Assembly: GCF_000315625.1 (NCBI RefSeq) | Contig: NW_005434647.1 | Span: 294,936-358,935 of the forward strand | DNA length: 64,000 nucleotides | Source: Guillardia theta CCMP2712 | Lineage: Eukaryota > Protista > Cryptophyta | Direction: 5' to 3' | Shown: one piece after another, positions 1 through 11,235 of the stretch | How the letters are laid out: each line of letters starts with the position of its first letter | How positions within the stretch are numbered: position 1 is the first letter of the stretch | Made by a program: the position numbers and the translations under genes | The notes under the pieces: model-generated | The model's database searches: none | What the model saw: the letters and a program-made list of their open reading frames with translations, nothing else | What the model was told of the DNA's origin: nothing

Positions 1-184
1 GAGGAGAGGAGAGGAGAGGAGAGGAGAGGAGAGGAGAGGAGAGGAGAGACGGGAGGGGAAGAGAGGGGAGGAGAAAGACTTGAGGGAGGAGTGGAGGAAG
101 GGGGAGGGGAGGGAGGGAAGGGACGAGACTGGAGGTTCTCTGGGTCTTCTCTTGCTCCTCATGATTCACATCTGCTTGCTCAGG

Positions 185-697
185 TCTGTTTCGCCTTCTA
201 TGCATGGAGGAAGGAGCTCGAGGACGAGACGCTGAGCCTCCCGATCAAGTTCCTCCGCAAGGCGGCGCAGCACGTGACACCAGCCCTCCCCCTCCCCCTC
301 CCTCATCCTCCTTCTTTCCTCTTCTCTTCCCTCTTCCTCTTCCTCCTTCCCGCTCCCCCTTGCCTCCTGGCTCTTCCCGCATGCTCTCCCCTTCACCATC
401 CCCTGAACATCCCCCGCAGTTCAACGCGAGGGCTCACTGCTGTCTCGCTGCCATCTTGTCGCGTCCAGACCGGCGGGCAGCCCTGGACAAGAGGACCGGA
501 AAGGTGAGGAGGAGGGGGCGAGGGAGCAGCTCTGACAGGGAGGCAGACGCTCAAGGAGTGGACGGTGTTCGCAAGAGATCATGTTGGATGTCACTTTCAT
601 CTCCCCCTCCTGCTCCGTCACCCTTCTCCTCTCCCTGCTCTCTTGTTTCCCACTTCACTCCTGCTCCTACTCTTCCTCCTGCTCCCCCATGCTCCCA

Positions 698-775
<78 letters not shown>

Positions 776-903
776 TCTTACCCTGCTCTTCGTCCTCATT
801 CCCATCATTTATCTTCAGGACCACTGCAGACACCATCCTTCCCTTTCCTTCCGCACTCTTGGCTTCTTCCTCCCCTCTCCGCCTCCGCTCCCTGCTGAAC
901 TGA
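185..903 (+). CDS. 3' part of a spliced hypothetical protein gene (starts before the window)
   Basis: Exon-like segments VCFAFYAWRKELEDETLSLPIKFLRKAAQH (185-270) and FNARAHCCLAAILSRPDRRAALDKRTGK (420-503) are bounded by AG/GT, with pyrimidine-repeat introns between them; the end is approximate. Confidence 0.45.
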
Positions 904-1047
904 TAGGTGTGAACAGGGTCACTCGCCACTCATCGAAGAGGGAGAGGCGCAACGGGAAGGGGGATGGGACGGGGAAGGGAGCGGAGAGGGGGGGGAGGAG
1001 GCGGAGGAGTAAAACTATGTCAGCAGTTTGGTCGGGTGCGATAACTT

Positions 1048-1232
1048 TCATTTCTTCGCTGCCAGATCTTTCTTGTTTGTCGATTCCAAACTTTCCTCCT
1101 GCGCCAAAATATTCAGCAAGACACCAACTCTCCTCCTGCTCCATGACTACAACTACGATCATAACATCCTCCTCCCCCTCCCCCTCCCCATCTTCCTCCC
1201 CCTTCTCCTCTCCTTCCTGGTCCTCGTCCTTC

Positions 1233-1265
<33 letters not shown>

Positions 1266-3712
1266 TCACCGGAGCCGAGTTTTCAGTTCGCTCCACCTTG
1301 CTCTTAACTTTAGCCAAGAGCTCCTTCCTCGAGAGAGGGTGATCGTCCTGCATCGAACGTGAGGGAGACCAAGGAGAGAGGAACGAAAAGATGATTCCAA
1401 ATATGCATCGTTATCACCACCACTGCTACAAGCATAATTGCCATCTCCGTCGTCATGTAGTTCTCCATGATCCTCCTCCTCCTCCTCCTCCTCCTCCTCC
1501 TCCTCCTCCTCCTCCTCCTCCTCCTCCTCCTACCTCATCGGAGTCCGACATTGAGTCCGAGTCTTCGTTCATGTTGGGCGCGTTCACTTGTACCTTCACG
1601 CTCCCTGCCGACACCGTCGGGCCTTGCCCGAGGATGTTGAGCAGCGATTCCTGTAGCGGCACGCCCTGCTCGGCGAGCTAGTCAGAGGAAGGGGAGGAGG
1701 GAGGAGGGGAGAGGAGGGGAGAGGAGAGCATGAAAGGAGGAAAAGGAGCGTGGAGCAACAACGAGGTAAGAGATAGGAAGAAGAAAGGGAGGAGCGAGAA
1801 GGAGCGAGGGGGGAGAAGAAGGAAGGGCGCACCTGCTGCTGCATCTGGATCGCTGCATAGATCTGGAGGATCTCGTTCGTCCTCTGCTCGATGATGCCCA
1901 AGTACTGCATCATGTTGCCCTCCGTCACTCCTGCAGCGACGAGAGTCACGCGATTCTCACCACAACTTTACGCTCTCCCTGCCCCTTCCCCTTCCCCTTC
2001 CCGTCCTCCTTCACTCCTGCACTCCTTGCCCCTCCTCCTTCACTCCTGCACTCCCTTCCCCCTCAGTCGTGCTCGTAGCTCTCGCCTCCTCCTCCACTTC
2101 CTCCTCCTCCTCACCTGTGGTTCCGAGCATCTCCGTCACGCCGTTCTGGGAGCATCCGATCTTCTCGAAGACATCCTGAATGCCGTCCTTGAGCACCGTG
2201 ATCGTCTCCGTCGCCTTCCTGACGCGAGTCTCATACTGCTCTGTGCGGGCCTCGGTCTTGGCAAGCTTGTCCTCCAGCTCCTGCAGCACCTTGCGCTTCT
2301 GCGGCAGAGGATGAGGAGGGAGGAGTAGGAGGGAGGAGGAAGAGATGTAAGGAGACGAGGAGAGGACTGATGGAGAGAGCGGGGGCCAGGAGTCAACATG
2401 ATATCAGGAGGAGCAGTAACGAGAGGACATGCAAGGGACTGGGCGAACTAGATGGAGGATGGAGGCACTAAGGGGAGGAGGAGGGGAGGAAGAGGCCCCT
2501 ACCTGGTTATCTGTGCTCTGTGCTTGACCTCTATGCTTCTCAATCTCCTTGCGCAGGTCGGCAATCTGCTCCTCGAGCTTCTCCACCTCGCTGTTGAGCT
2601 CGTTGACGTAGTTGAAGAGCGAGAAGTTCTGGTCCTCCGCCTCGATGAACGTCGCCACCAGCTCGTCGATGTCCGAGATCCCCGTCGCCGCCTGAATCTT
2701 GGCGAACGCCTCCTCGAACTCCTGCACCTTGCGCAGCGACGCCTGCTGCGCTGCCTTGTCCTTGGCGATGTTGGGGTTGCTCTTGAGGATCTTCTTCCTC
2801 AGCTTCTCCTCGTCCTCCATGTCCACCCCGGACTTGAGCGCCTTCTCCCGCTGCTTCATGTACTCCTTCATCTTCGCGTCGTGCTCGATCAGCTTCCCGA
2901 GCTCGTTCCACTCCGCCTCGAAGGCCTTCTGCTCCTGCTCCGCCTGGTTCTTGAGCGCCTCCATCTCCTGGTTCGCCCGCTCCCTCGCGTCGTAGGCGGC
3001 GTTAGACACTTCCACGATCTTGTGCATCTCCTCCTTCTTCTCCGCCAGCTCCTTCTCCAGCCTCGTGTACACCCCGTCGAACACCACCCGCTCTCGCCTC
3101 AGGTTGTCGATCTTCTCCCGCAGGTGCTTGTTGGAGCTCAGGGCCTCGTTGTATTTAACCCTCGCCTTCTCCAGCTTGTCCTCCAGCAGCTTGATCTGCT
3201 TCTGCTTCTTGGCGTTCTCCTGCTGCGCCAGCCGGACTCCTCCCAGGGCCTTGCGCTGCTGCTCAGTCTCCTCCGTCAGCTTCTCCATCTCCCCGTCTAT
3301 CTCCTTGGTTCTCTTCTTCTCTGCTTCTATCTTTTTGATGTACATCCTCGCCTGCTCCTGCAACTTGGATAAGGTCTCCACCGCAGACATCTTTCCCCGG
3401 AATGTCTGCGCCATGCTCGTGCTCAGTTCAGCGATGTTGTTGCTGGCGTCGACCGCGCTCTCAGACACAACGCTCTTCTTCTTCTTCTTCTTCTTCGTCA
3501 GGTCAAGGTCGTTCTGCTCCCCCAGCTTGTACTTCTTGTGGAGCTCCTCCAGCTCCTTCTCGATGTTGGTGATCGCATAGCTCGAGCTCTCCTGCTCCAG
3601 GTCCCTCTGCGACATGTCCGACTTGAGCCTATGGACAAGGTCAGCACCATGTTGCGGCCCCGGCAGCGCCTCCTCCCGCTCACCTCATTCGCCCTTGACT
3701 GTCGCCAGACAT
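1048..3712 (-). CDS. ODA1: Outer dynein arm docking complex subunit DC2 (ODA1/CCDC114/ODAD1 family)
   Basis: Long coiled coil with the family motifs FIEAEDQNFSLFNYVNELNSEVE and GVTEGNMMQYLGIIEQRTNEIL. About 7 exons with GT-AG introns (first intron 3629-3683); ATG 3712, stop 1048. Confidence 0.9.
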
Positions 3713-4074
3713 CCTGCGCTGGGTCACAGCTCAACAAGAAGCCGCAAACTTGGTAGAAGGATGGAGCCTCTTCGAGCCTCAGCAGTTGGAACAACTTGTA
3801 GCACAGCCTGCTCGGGAAGGTCACGGTCTTCTTCCTCCCGCCCTCTCAGCCTCAGCCTCTCCCTTTCAACAATTAACGAGGACAGCAACAGACGGTCGCC
3901 CTCTCCCTCTCTCGCTCTCTCCCTCCCTCTGCTCGTCACTGCTGCTTCCTCTCTCTCTCTCCCATCGCCTCCTCTCTCTCCCTCATCGGTGCCGCCGCGC
4001 CGCTCACGGTGGCAGTCATTGCCTTCAACTGACTCGGAGACGAGCGTTGAAAACCGTTATGAAAACGTTCAATC

Positions 4075-4760
4075 GGGCGGCCGCGGGACCGGGACCGGGC
4101 CCCGGGCCCGCCCGGGGCACTCAGCCCGCGGCCAGAGCCACTGGGCCAGGCGGTCCGATCGGCACGGGTCGGGCGGACTGACAAGTCTCAGGCGGGGCCC
4201 CGGGGGCAATGACCCCCGGCAGATTCCCAGGCTAAAGTTGAGCCCGGCCCGGCCGCCGCCGCCGGGCCGGGCCGCGGACTGGTCACCGGGCGCAGTGACC
4301 CGGCGCAGTGCCGCCGCCGCAGTGCCTCGGGCCCACGGTCCGACGGTCCCCGGGTCGTGCGGCAGTCACTGAGTCGCGGGCCGCCGGGGGCCCCGGGGAG
4401 GGCGCCGTCACAAACGGTTCACGGTTTGAACTGTCCGAGGGTCAACTAGCATTATAACAAACGCCCACTGAGGAAGTCCCGCCCAGTGTGCTAGACCCGG
4501 CGTGAGTTGAACCGTAACGTGTCGGCTCGGACGGTCGGCGCCGGGACTCAGACGCCCGTACGGTCACGAGCGGCGTAGCCGGGCTCATCGGACCGGCGGC
4601 GTGCAGCACACTGCCGGGCTGGCACACTGGGCCGGCACTGCGGCAGCCTACTGTTCCGCACTGGCTGATGCATGAGGGGGGGCCGCGATCGTCGGAGTTC
4701 AAGCCTGTGCCGCAACGTGCGGTGGCAACGCAGTGGGCCGTCGCCGGTCACCGACTCACT
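4075..4760. promoter_or_regulatory. GC-rich intergenic island 1 in a divergent interval
   Basis: Very high GC/CpG; dense CCGGG, GCCGC, GACTC, CAGTG and GTCAC words; only low-complexity P/G/R/A ORFs. Confidence 0.5.
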
Positions 4761-4909
4761 GTGAGCTAACTTAGTCTCGAGTACTTCTTGTATATATAGA
4801 GTCCGCTTCAAGTCAGGTACCTCTCTGCCTCTCCCTGTCACCACCACCACCACCACCACCTGCTCCTGCTCCTGCTCCTCCTCCTCCTGCCTAACTCCCG
4901 TCTGTCCCA

Positions 4910-5415
4910 GGACCCCCGAGCCGTTCATTCCCTCTACCACCTCTTCATCCCCCGCCAGGGCCCTCTCTCCATGTATGACAGCCTCCATGACTGCATCCTG
5001 CCTGCCGCCCCCCCGCACAGCTAAGTCGTGGGAGGGCACGGGGACAGCGAAGACCTCTCGAGGAGCAGCAGCGTGCTTCTTCTTCTCGAACCGCCGCTAG
5101 TTGAAACCCAACCACCCCCACGAGCTCCAGGAGCTCCGGCAAGCCAAGCTCAAGCTCCGCCAGCTCCTCTGGAGTCTCGGAGCGGACGTGAGCCTGGAGG
5201 CGCTGGAGCAGTGCTGCCGGGAAAGGTATGGGGCGTGGGCAGAGATGACGACCAACCCTGGAGGAAGTGGCAGCGTTGGGCGCGCTGAAAGTGTCAGAGG
5301 AGCAAGCAGTAGATCCTAGCCGAGGGGCCAAGAGGCTCGAGGCTTCTGCCGATGCTCGTCGCCGTTTTGCGTCAGAATGGCTGAGATTGGAGGACTTCAC
5401 AGGCAGACTGATGTG
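4910..5415 (+). CDS. Small spliced hypothetical protein (reading frame ambiguous)
   Basis: GT-AG intron-like segments at about 4817-4909, 5026-5100 and 5227-5270; TATA-like tatatataga at about 4790. Confidence 0.3.
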
Positions 5416-5462
5416 ATGTTGGTGGGTGCATGATGGGCGCTGGGGGCGGTCGGTAAGCTCAA

Positions 5463-5728
5463 TCAGGTCGTGAGCCGAATCATGTCGTGAGGAGCTGCGG
5501 CGGAGACAGGAACTTCCGAATACTCATGGAAGGGAAGAGCACACAGCGAGTAGAGTGAAGAAAGCAGACCCTCTCACAGGGAGATTGTGAGGTCGTCATC
5601 AGTTCGAGGAGGGAGTACCCATAGCTCACCACGTCGCGCAAGCTCGTTGTTTCATCTTGCACGAGCTCGAATCCAAGGGCGTCCGCCTTATCCTGAAGAG
5701 GAATCCTCTCCCATTCATCATGCGGCAT
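5463..5728 (-). CDS. Small hypothetical protein (about 68 aa, 2 exons)
   Basis: MPHDEWERIPLQDKADALGFELVQDETTSLRDV / 59 nt GTGAG..AG intron / GLLSSLYSLCALPFHEYSEVPVSAAAPHDMIRLTT*; TACCC zone upstream. Confidence 0.35.
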
Positions 5729-6321
5729 GCCCTGCCGCCATCGACCACGCTCCCTCCATGGCCGATCCGCCCGACAGGCAGTGCGGTACCCCCACCAACA
5801 ACCACCCCCCTTTTCATTACACTGGCTCGTCCAGCCCAGACCTTGCCACTGTCTCTGACAGCCTCCCCCCACCCTGTGATTTTGATATTAGTGTCTCGAT
5901 TGAATTTTCATCTGTGTTTACCCCTGTCCCTCTGTGCGTTGCTCCACAAGCTCCATCCTTCGTTGCCTCTTGGGACATGCACATTTCCTTGTTGTGATAG
6001 GAGCAAGGGAGGATAGCGAAGAGCAAGCGATACTGGCAGAGGAAGAGGATAGCGATACAGGGAGAGGAAGAGAGTAGCGATACAGGTAGAGGATAGACAG
6101 GAAGATTGAGCAACATAGAGTCGGGCGGTGGGAAGTGGAGTTAGCGAGTGGAGCAGCGACCAGGGACAAGTGCAGGCAAACGAGCCAGTCGACAGCGAGT
6201 ACAGCAGCACTAGACAAGGGTGCAGGGAGAGGGGGATCTCAGCAGGAAGCTGCTCTTGCAAGGCTAGTGAATGGACAGCTCATGGGCCAAACGGAGGAGC
6301 AGTAGTCAGCCCGAGCCTCCG

Positions 6322-7982
6322 ATGAAACCCAGGATGCTGAGTGCCGACGGAGTCATGCTGCGGTCCTTGGCCATCATCGGCGGGATCTTCATCGTCTTGG
6401 GCGTCGCTGGAACCTTTCAACGCGGCAGCATCTCAGCTGCACATCCCTCCCTTATGCAGAGCAACGGTGACATGCAACAACTGTATGAGGTGCCTTTGCC
6501 GTGCATTGAGTGTGCAGCGCGGCGGTGTGAGTGGTATCACAGGCCTCATCAGCGTACAAACAGAACTCGTACGGAATCCCCGCACGATCGATTGACATGT
6601 ATGGGGCGAGTGTGCCAAGGGTGGCTCGGGAAGTCCAACCTCCTGGATTCTTCACTGCTTCACGTACGACTGAACGCCAATACCCGATGAGCACGATTGT
6701 GATGCCTGGGACAGGTGGAAGCGGGGGGATCCGAGTGTCGGACCAATTTCTCCAACCGATCCAAGTCAACCTCCTCTCTGCTCTCCTTCTTCTACCCTGA
6801 TTGTCTCTTTTCAGCTGAACTCGGTTGAATCGGTGAATCAGGGTAGGAAACAGGGCGGCCGCGCTAGCAGTTCGGCCGATTCATCTCTAGCTTCCACTCC
6901 GCCTTCCTCCTCTAACGCCATGGCGAGTCCATCCGGGACAATGCCAAGAGATCAGGGATGGGAGGCCCCGTAAGAACCTGTCTTGTTCCTAATCTCAGTC
7001 ACTGACAGCGTCATGGTCGCAGGTACGGAAACTTCAAGGACATTTCCCTGGGTCTTGAGAGCGAAGTGACTGAGAAGAGACTTGCAAATGTTGGCGACAC
7101 TCCCCACTCAGATTCATGTTCCTCACATGCAGCTTGCAGATGGAAGAGAAGCTGCAGAAGTACCGGGACCAGTCAAGGGAAGAACTGGAGTCGGTGCTGC
7201 CCGCGACGCGCATGTGAACGCAATGGCTCATCTCTGGACCAGGTGGAGAGGAAGTTGTGGAAGGAGAAGCAAAGGGTTTCCGACCTTATGCGAGAGAAGC
7301 GAGTCCTGTGAGCTTTCCCCCACCTTCTTGCCTCTCTTCAGCTGAATCTTCGTTGCAGCGGGACTAGCCTTCAATCTCTCGAATTCAAATGGAAGCACGG
7401 TGGATGGCCGGTGAAGGGTGCTAGAGGGCTGACAGGGCTCCCTGGGGTGCGCAATCTTTCGCTCTCTACTGAGCTTTCCTGACCCGGCAAACCTTGCCTC
7501 CCCATCTCAGGTCCGTGGCCCCGCAGGATCTAACGGAGGTCAGTGAGATGAGGGGCGAGTGTAGCAAGAGGCATGATGGTGACATGTATCCTCTGCTTGC
7601 AGCCCGTGGCGTTGAAGGACCGCGCGGTAAAAGGGGAGCCGCTGGGAAGACCATTGTGATCAAGAAGACCGTGGACGAGCATGACGGCAAGGCTGCCTTG
7701 AACAAGATCGTCCAGGTGTCACTTCACGAAGTTTCAATGTTGAATTGTAATGCGGAGATGCAGCAAGACATTGCGAAGCTCTATGGCACTAGCAACGTGC
7801 TGTCACGTCTCAAGAATGAGATCTCCAAGATGAGGCTGCTCAAGTCGCAGGACAACGCGATGTACTTGATGATCGATTGCCTTCTTCGGCCCTGCATGAC
7901 GCTGCATTCCAGAATCCAGAAGTTGAAGAAAGCTCGTCGCATTGGTGCAGGTTGGACGACGGGAAAGATTACCGCGCGGTGA
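6322..7982 (+). CDS. Hypothetical protein with N-terminal signal/anchor, short collagen-like GXX stretch and C-terminal coiled coil
   Basis: Hydrophobic N-terminus MKPRMLSADGVMLRSLAIIGGIFIVLGVAG; RGVEGPRGKRGAAG; multiple short GT-AG introns. Confidence 0.55.
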
Positions 7983-7999
7983 TGTGTGGTGTGTGGAGA

Positions 8000-8701
8000 A
8001 TTGAGAGATACTCTCGTCAAGGACAACTTTTCGTGTATGTAGGAATACAAAAATAGAAAGAACTCAGAAATACCATGCAGATCACTAAAAGACTCTTCCC
8101 AGCCTTGATAATAGTAAAGCACAAGAGATGCTCTCCTCACATCTAAAAATACAAAAAAACAAAATACATCTTTCACTGGCCGAAATTGGCGTGATAACAC
8201 TACTTTACATTCCAGGAAGTATGGAGATGGAAGCTACCTCGACGGAAGCTCCAACCAAAAATAAAAGAGATTGAGGGAAAGAAACCGTGTCAATACACAT
8301 AATATTGCCCAACTGTCTTTCCTGTGCCCACGTTTCCTATTCTGGTTTGATCTAGCAAGAAAGACGTTAGCAAGAACCAAGGTCCAACACCATGGATTTG
8401 CGTCAGAAAATTCGCGATGCATTGTGGATTTCATCATAGACACTGCGAGAAAGGATAGAAATGCACTATCATTTTGAGTAGCATTAACGCAGTCAAAGCA
8501 ATTTCGAGACGACCATTGCAACTTTTGAACATGTCAAATGTGGGGAGCGAGCACGACTTTCGAGCAAACACGAGAAAAGCAAACGCAAAGTTGTGTGGTT
8601 CACTTACTTCGAAAGGATGCATCAGATCCGATTAGGGCAAGAGCAACCGAGGACGCGGCGGAGGCAGCGGAAGCCACGAGCCCGGGCGGCAAGCGGGGCA
8701 T
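8000..8701 (-). CDS. Possible AT-rich spliced hypothetical gene
   Basis: MPRLPPGLVASAASAASSVALALIG.. followed by a perfect GTAAGT donor at 8607 and a pyrimidine-rich acceptor; the downstream frame is unresolved. Confidence 0.25.
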
Positions 8702-9799
8702 GGCGACGACCGGGACGAGCAGGGTCGCCAGGGTGTGTCTGGTCGGGTGTAGCAACGGGGGTGGTACTAATGAGAGCTTGAAAGGGTGGGTGGTGTGTTT
8801 GGAAATTAGCCTTGGGAATGAGGGTGGGTCCGGACCCCAAAGGGTGTATGCACGAAAGGGGTACAACAGGTGTTCAGAAAAAATGGTACTTCGCATCAGA
8901 GTGAAGTTGGAGGGGTGGGTCTGAAAGTTACCGGTGGTCAATAGAATAATCATGATGACACCGGTGTTTTTCTTTCGGAAAATAGGGGTTTCATGCCCAT
9001 CCTTTATTTCGCTGTGTGGTGGGGGTATGTGAACACATCGAAATCCACGGGTACTGCAGAGTATTTTGGACTGGCTTGACCGGTTGTTGCAATATGGAGA
9101 TGAGGGGTGGATGACAAAATGCCAAGGGTGGACAACTAAGTTCAAGGGTAGGGGTCAAAATTAGACCGGTACGCTCAAGGGAGAAAGAACTTGCAAAAGT
9201 TCCACAGTGCCTCGACAAGAGGGTGTGATCGAAAAGGGTGGGGTAAGGGGGTGGATAGTAGGGGGTGAGGGTAGACTAGAGTGGGGGAAGGGGCGGAACT
9301 TGGGGAAAAGGGGAAGATAGGTTAGCTTAAAAGTGTTTTATAATTACAAATGTTGTACGATAAGTCTTGTACGGATTTATAAATTAATATATAAATATAT
9401 ATATTTATAAGCAATATTTGTAGGGTGGTTCATAGTTCTTGTAAAATGTGTGATATAAGAAGAGAACCCCATATCGATGCTCTGTACCGTGTTAACTTGG
9501 GGAATGATCGCATGCTGGTACCAGCAGATCGGTGCTCTTCACAACGGTGGATTGACAAAATCTTGTACTGGATCATAGAACGAGTGTGGTAGTGCAATAG
9601 TACTAGTTATCTCTATAGAAGAACAGAAATTCTTGTGTGGTACCTTCCAGATGGAGGCATGCGTAGTAATAGATTGTACTGAAATATATATTTCTACGAT
9701 AGAGAATTCCATGGTACAGTGGCCCCACCCGCTAACTTGGGGAATAATCTCAATCGTTGCGTTCTGGCGATTCAACAGAGTTCAGTGAGACTTTTCAAA

Positions 9800-10320
9800 C
9801 GTGACCGGGCCGGCGCCAGGCCTCATCGGTGCCGGTCCCGGACCGCCGGGGCCACCCGGCACCTGCGCCGGTAGCGGCGGCTAATTTCTTTACTTAAAAT
9901 TAAAAAGCAGTACGAGCTTAGTAAAACTGGCCCCGGAGCCGTCACTCCCCGGCGGGGCGCCGGGCCGCGGCGGCCGCACGGTGGCGCCGGGCCGTCCGAT
10001 GAGTCCGATGATCGGATACCGTACTTCGAGTCTTTCAATCACTAGGTCCGATAGATGATCATACGGTCCGGCACCGTTGACGGTGACTCAGTGACTCGGA
10101 GTGACTGGGCCACAACACTGCCGGGCCCGGCCCGGGGGGGGGGGGGGGGGTGGCCCGCGGCCGCCGCCGGGGCCGGGCCGCGGGCCTCACGGTGCACTCT
10201 CAGTACCCCGGTACGGTACGGTGCCTAGTGGTTTCCTGCAACAGAAACGGTTCTGTAACTGCTGAGTCTGGTCTGAAGACCGCTCGGGCAGGGGTTCCGG
10301 CCTCCCAGGCTCAGAGGGTC
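9800..10320. promoter_or_regulatory. GC-rich intergenic island 2, flanked by GGGTA/TACCC zones
   Basis: Same word composition as island 1, e.g. cggtgactcagtgactcggagtgactgggcc at 10081. Confidence 0.5.
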
Positions 10321-11235
10321 CAAGGGGGTGGTGCCATGGAAACAGGGGGGTAGTTGCGGTGCTCTCACACAGGTAAAGGGGGTAGGGTGATGATATACAG
10401 GGGTGTGTAAAAAGCGGATTCGATAGGAGGTGGGTGTACCACCGCCCCCTTATATCTGGATTTCAAAAGTGAGTATACCCCCACCCCCTGAATTAGCACT
10501 CAGAGATGATCTTTGCCCTGTTTCAGGAGGATACCCCTATTTCATTATTGTGATACTTAACAAATATCAAGTCTTGATAGGACACCAAAATCTACAAGAA
10601 GGATACCCTGGTCTAAATGAACGAATGCTCACCCTACCACCAGGATCTAGACCCCCCCCCCCACCCCCCCCCCCCCTGCTATTGGAGAAACCTTCATTTC
10701 ATGCACTTTACTTGAGTCTGCAGTGTAGCGGAAGGAAGGGCATGGCAGATGGGGCGATGGTCTTGTGGAGGGGATAAGGGGAGAGAAGGAAAGAGCCTGT
10801 GCGATTGAAAAGGTTCTCAGCCATAGAAGCGGGGTTTCCTCGCTCGAATGGTGGAATGAGAATGTTGTACGAAGTCCGCGGGGGTCGCAAGGGCAGGTGA
10901 AAGATGACTTGCAAGTCGAGGGTTATGGGCATGTCTGAGCTAGACTACAGTAGCAGCGATTATGATGGGGTGGAACCACTCAAAAACACTCGTTCTCTTG
11001 CATTCTTGTAAAGTTGTGTTGGGTTTGGGGGATGGCATTAATCATATGTAGAAAAGATAGTTAGTTGGGATTAGATGTGCTCCTCGTCATAGGAGCTTCT
11101 TACACACTCTTCAACCCGCCGATCGAGTCTTTTGTTGACCATATAGTGAAAAATCCGAGCAATCGAGCATTCAGACTGATTTCCTTCCTCCAGGTTTGGG
11201 GATGCAGTGCTGATCGACCACCAGCCACTGAAGTC

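Noticed and set aside
551-929. EQEQ/APAP/poly-L repeat ORFs
   Set aside because: Intronic (CTCCTG)n hexamer repeat
2452-3372. Long antisense ORFs over coiled-coil genes (also 21255-23115, 37064-37678)
   Set aside because: Shadow ORFs caused by biased codon usage on the coding strand
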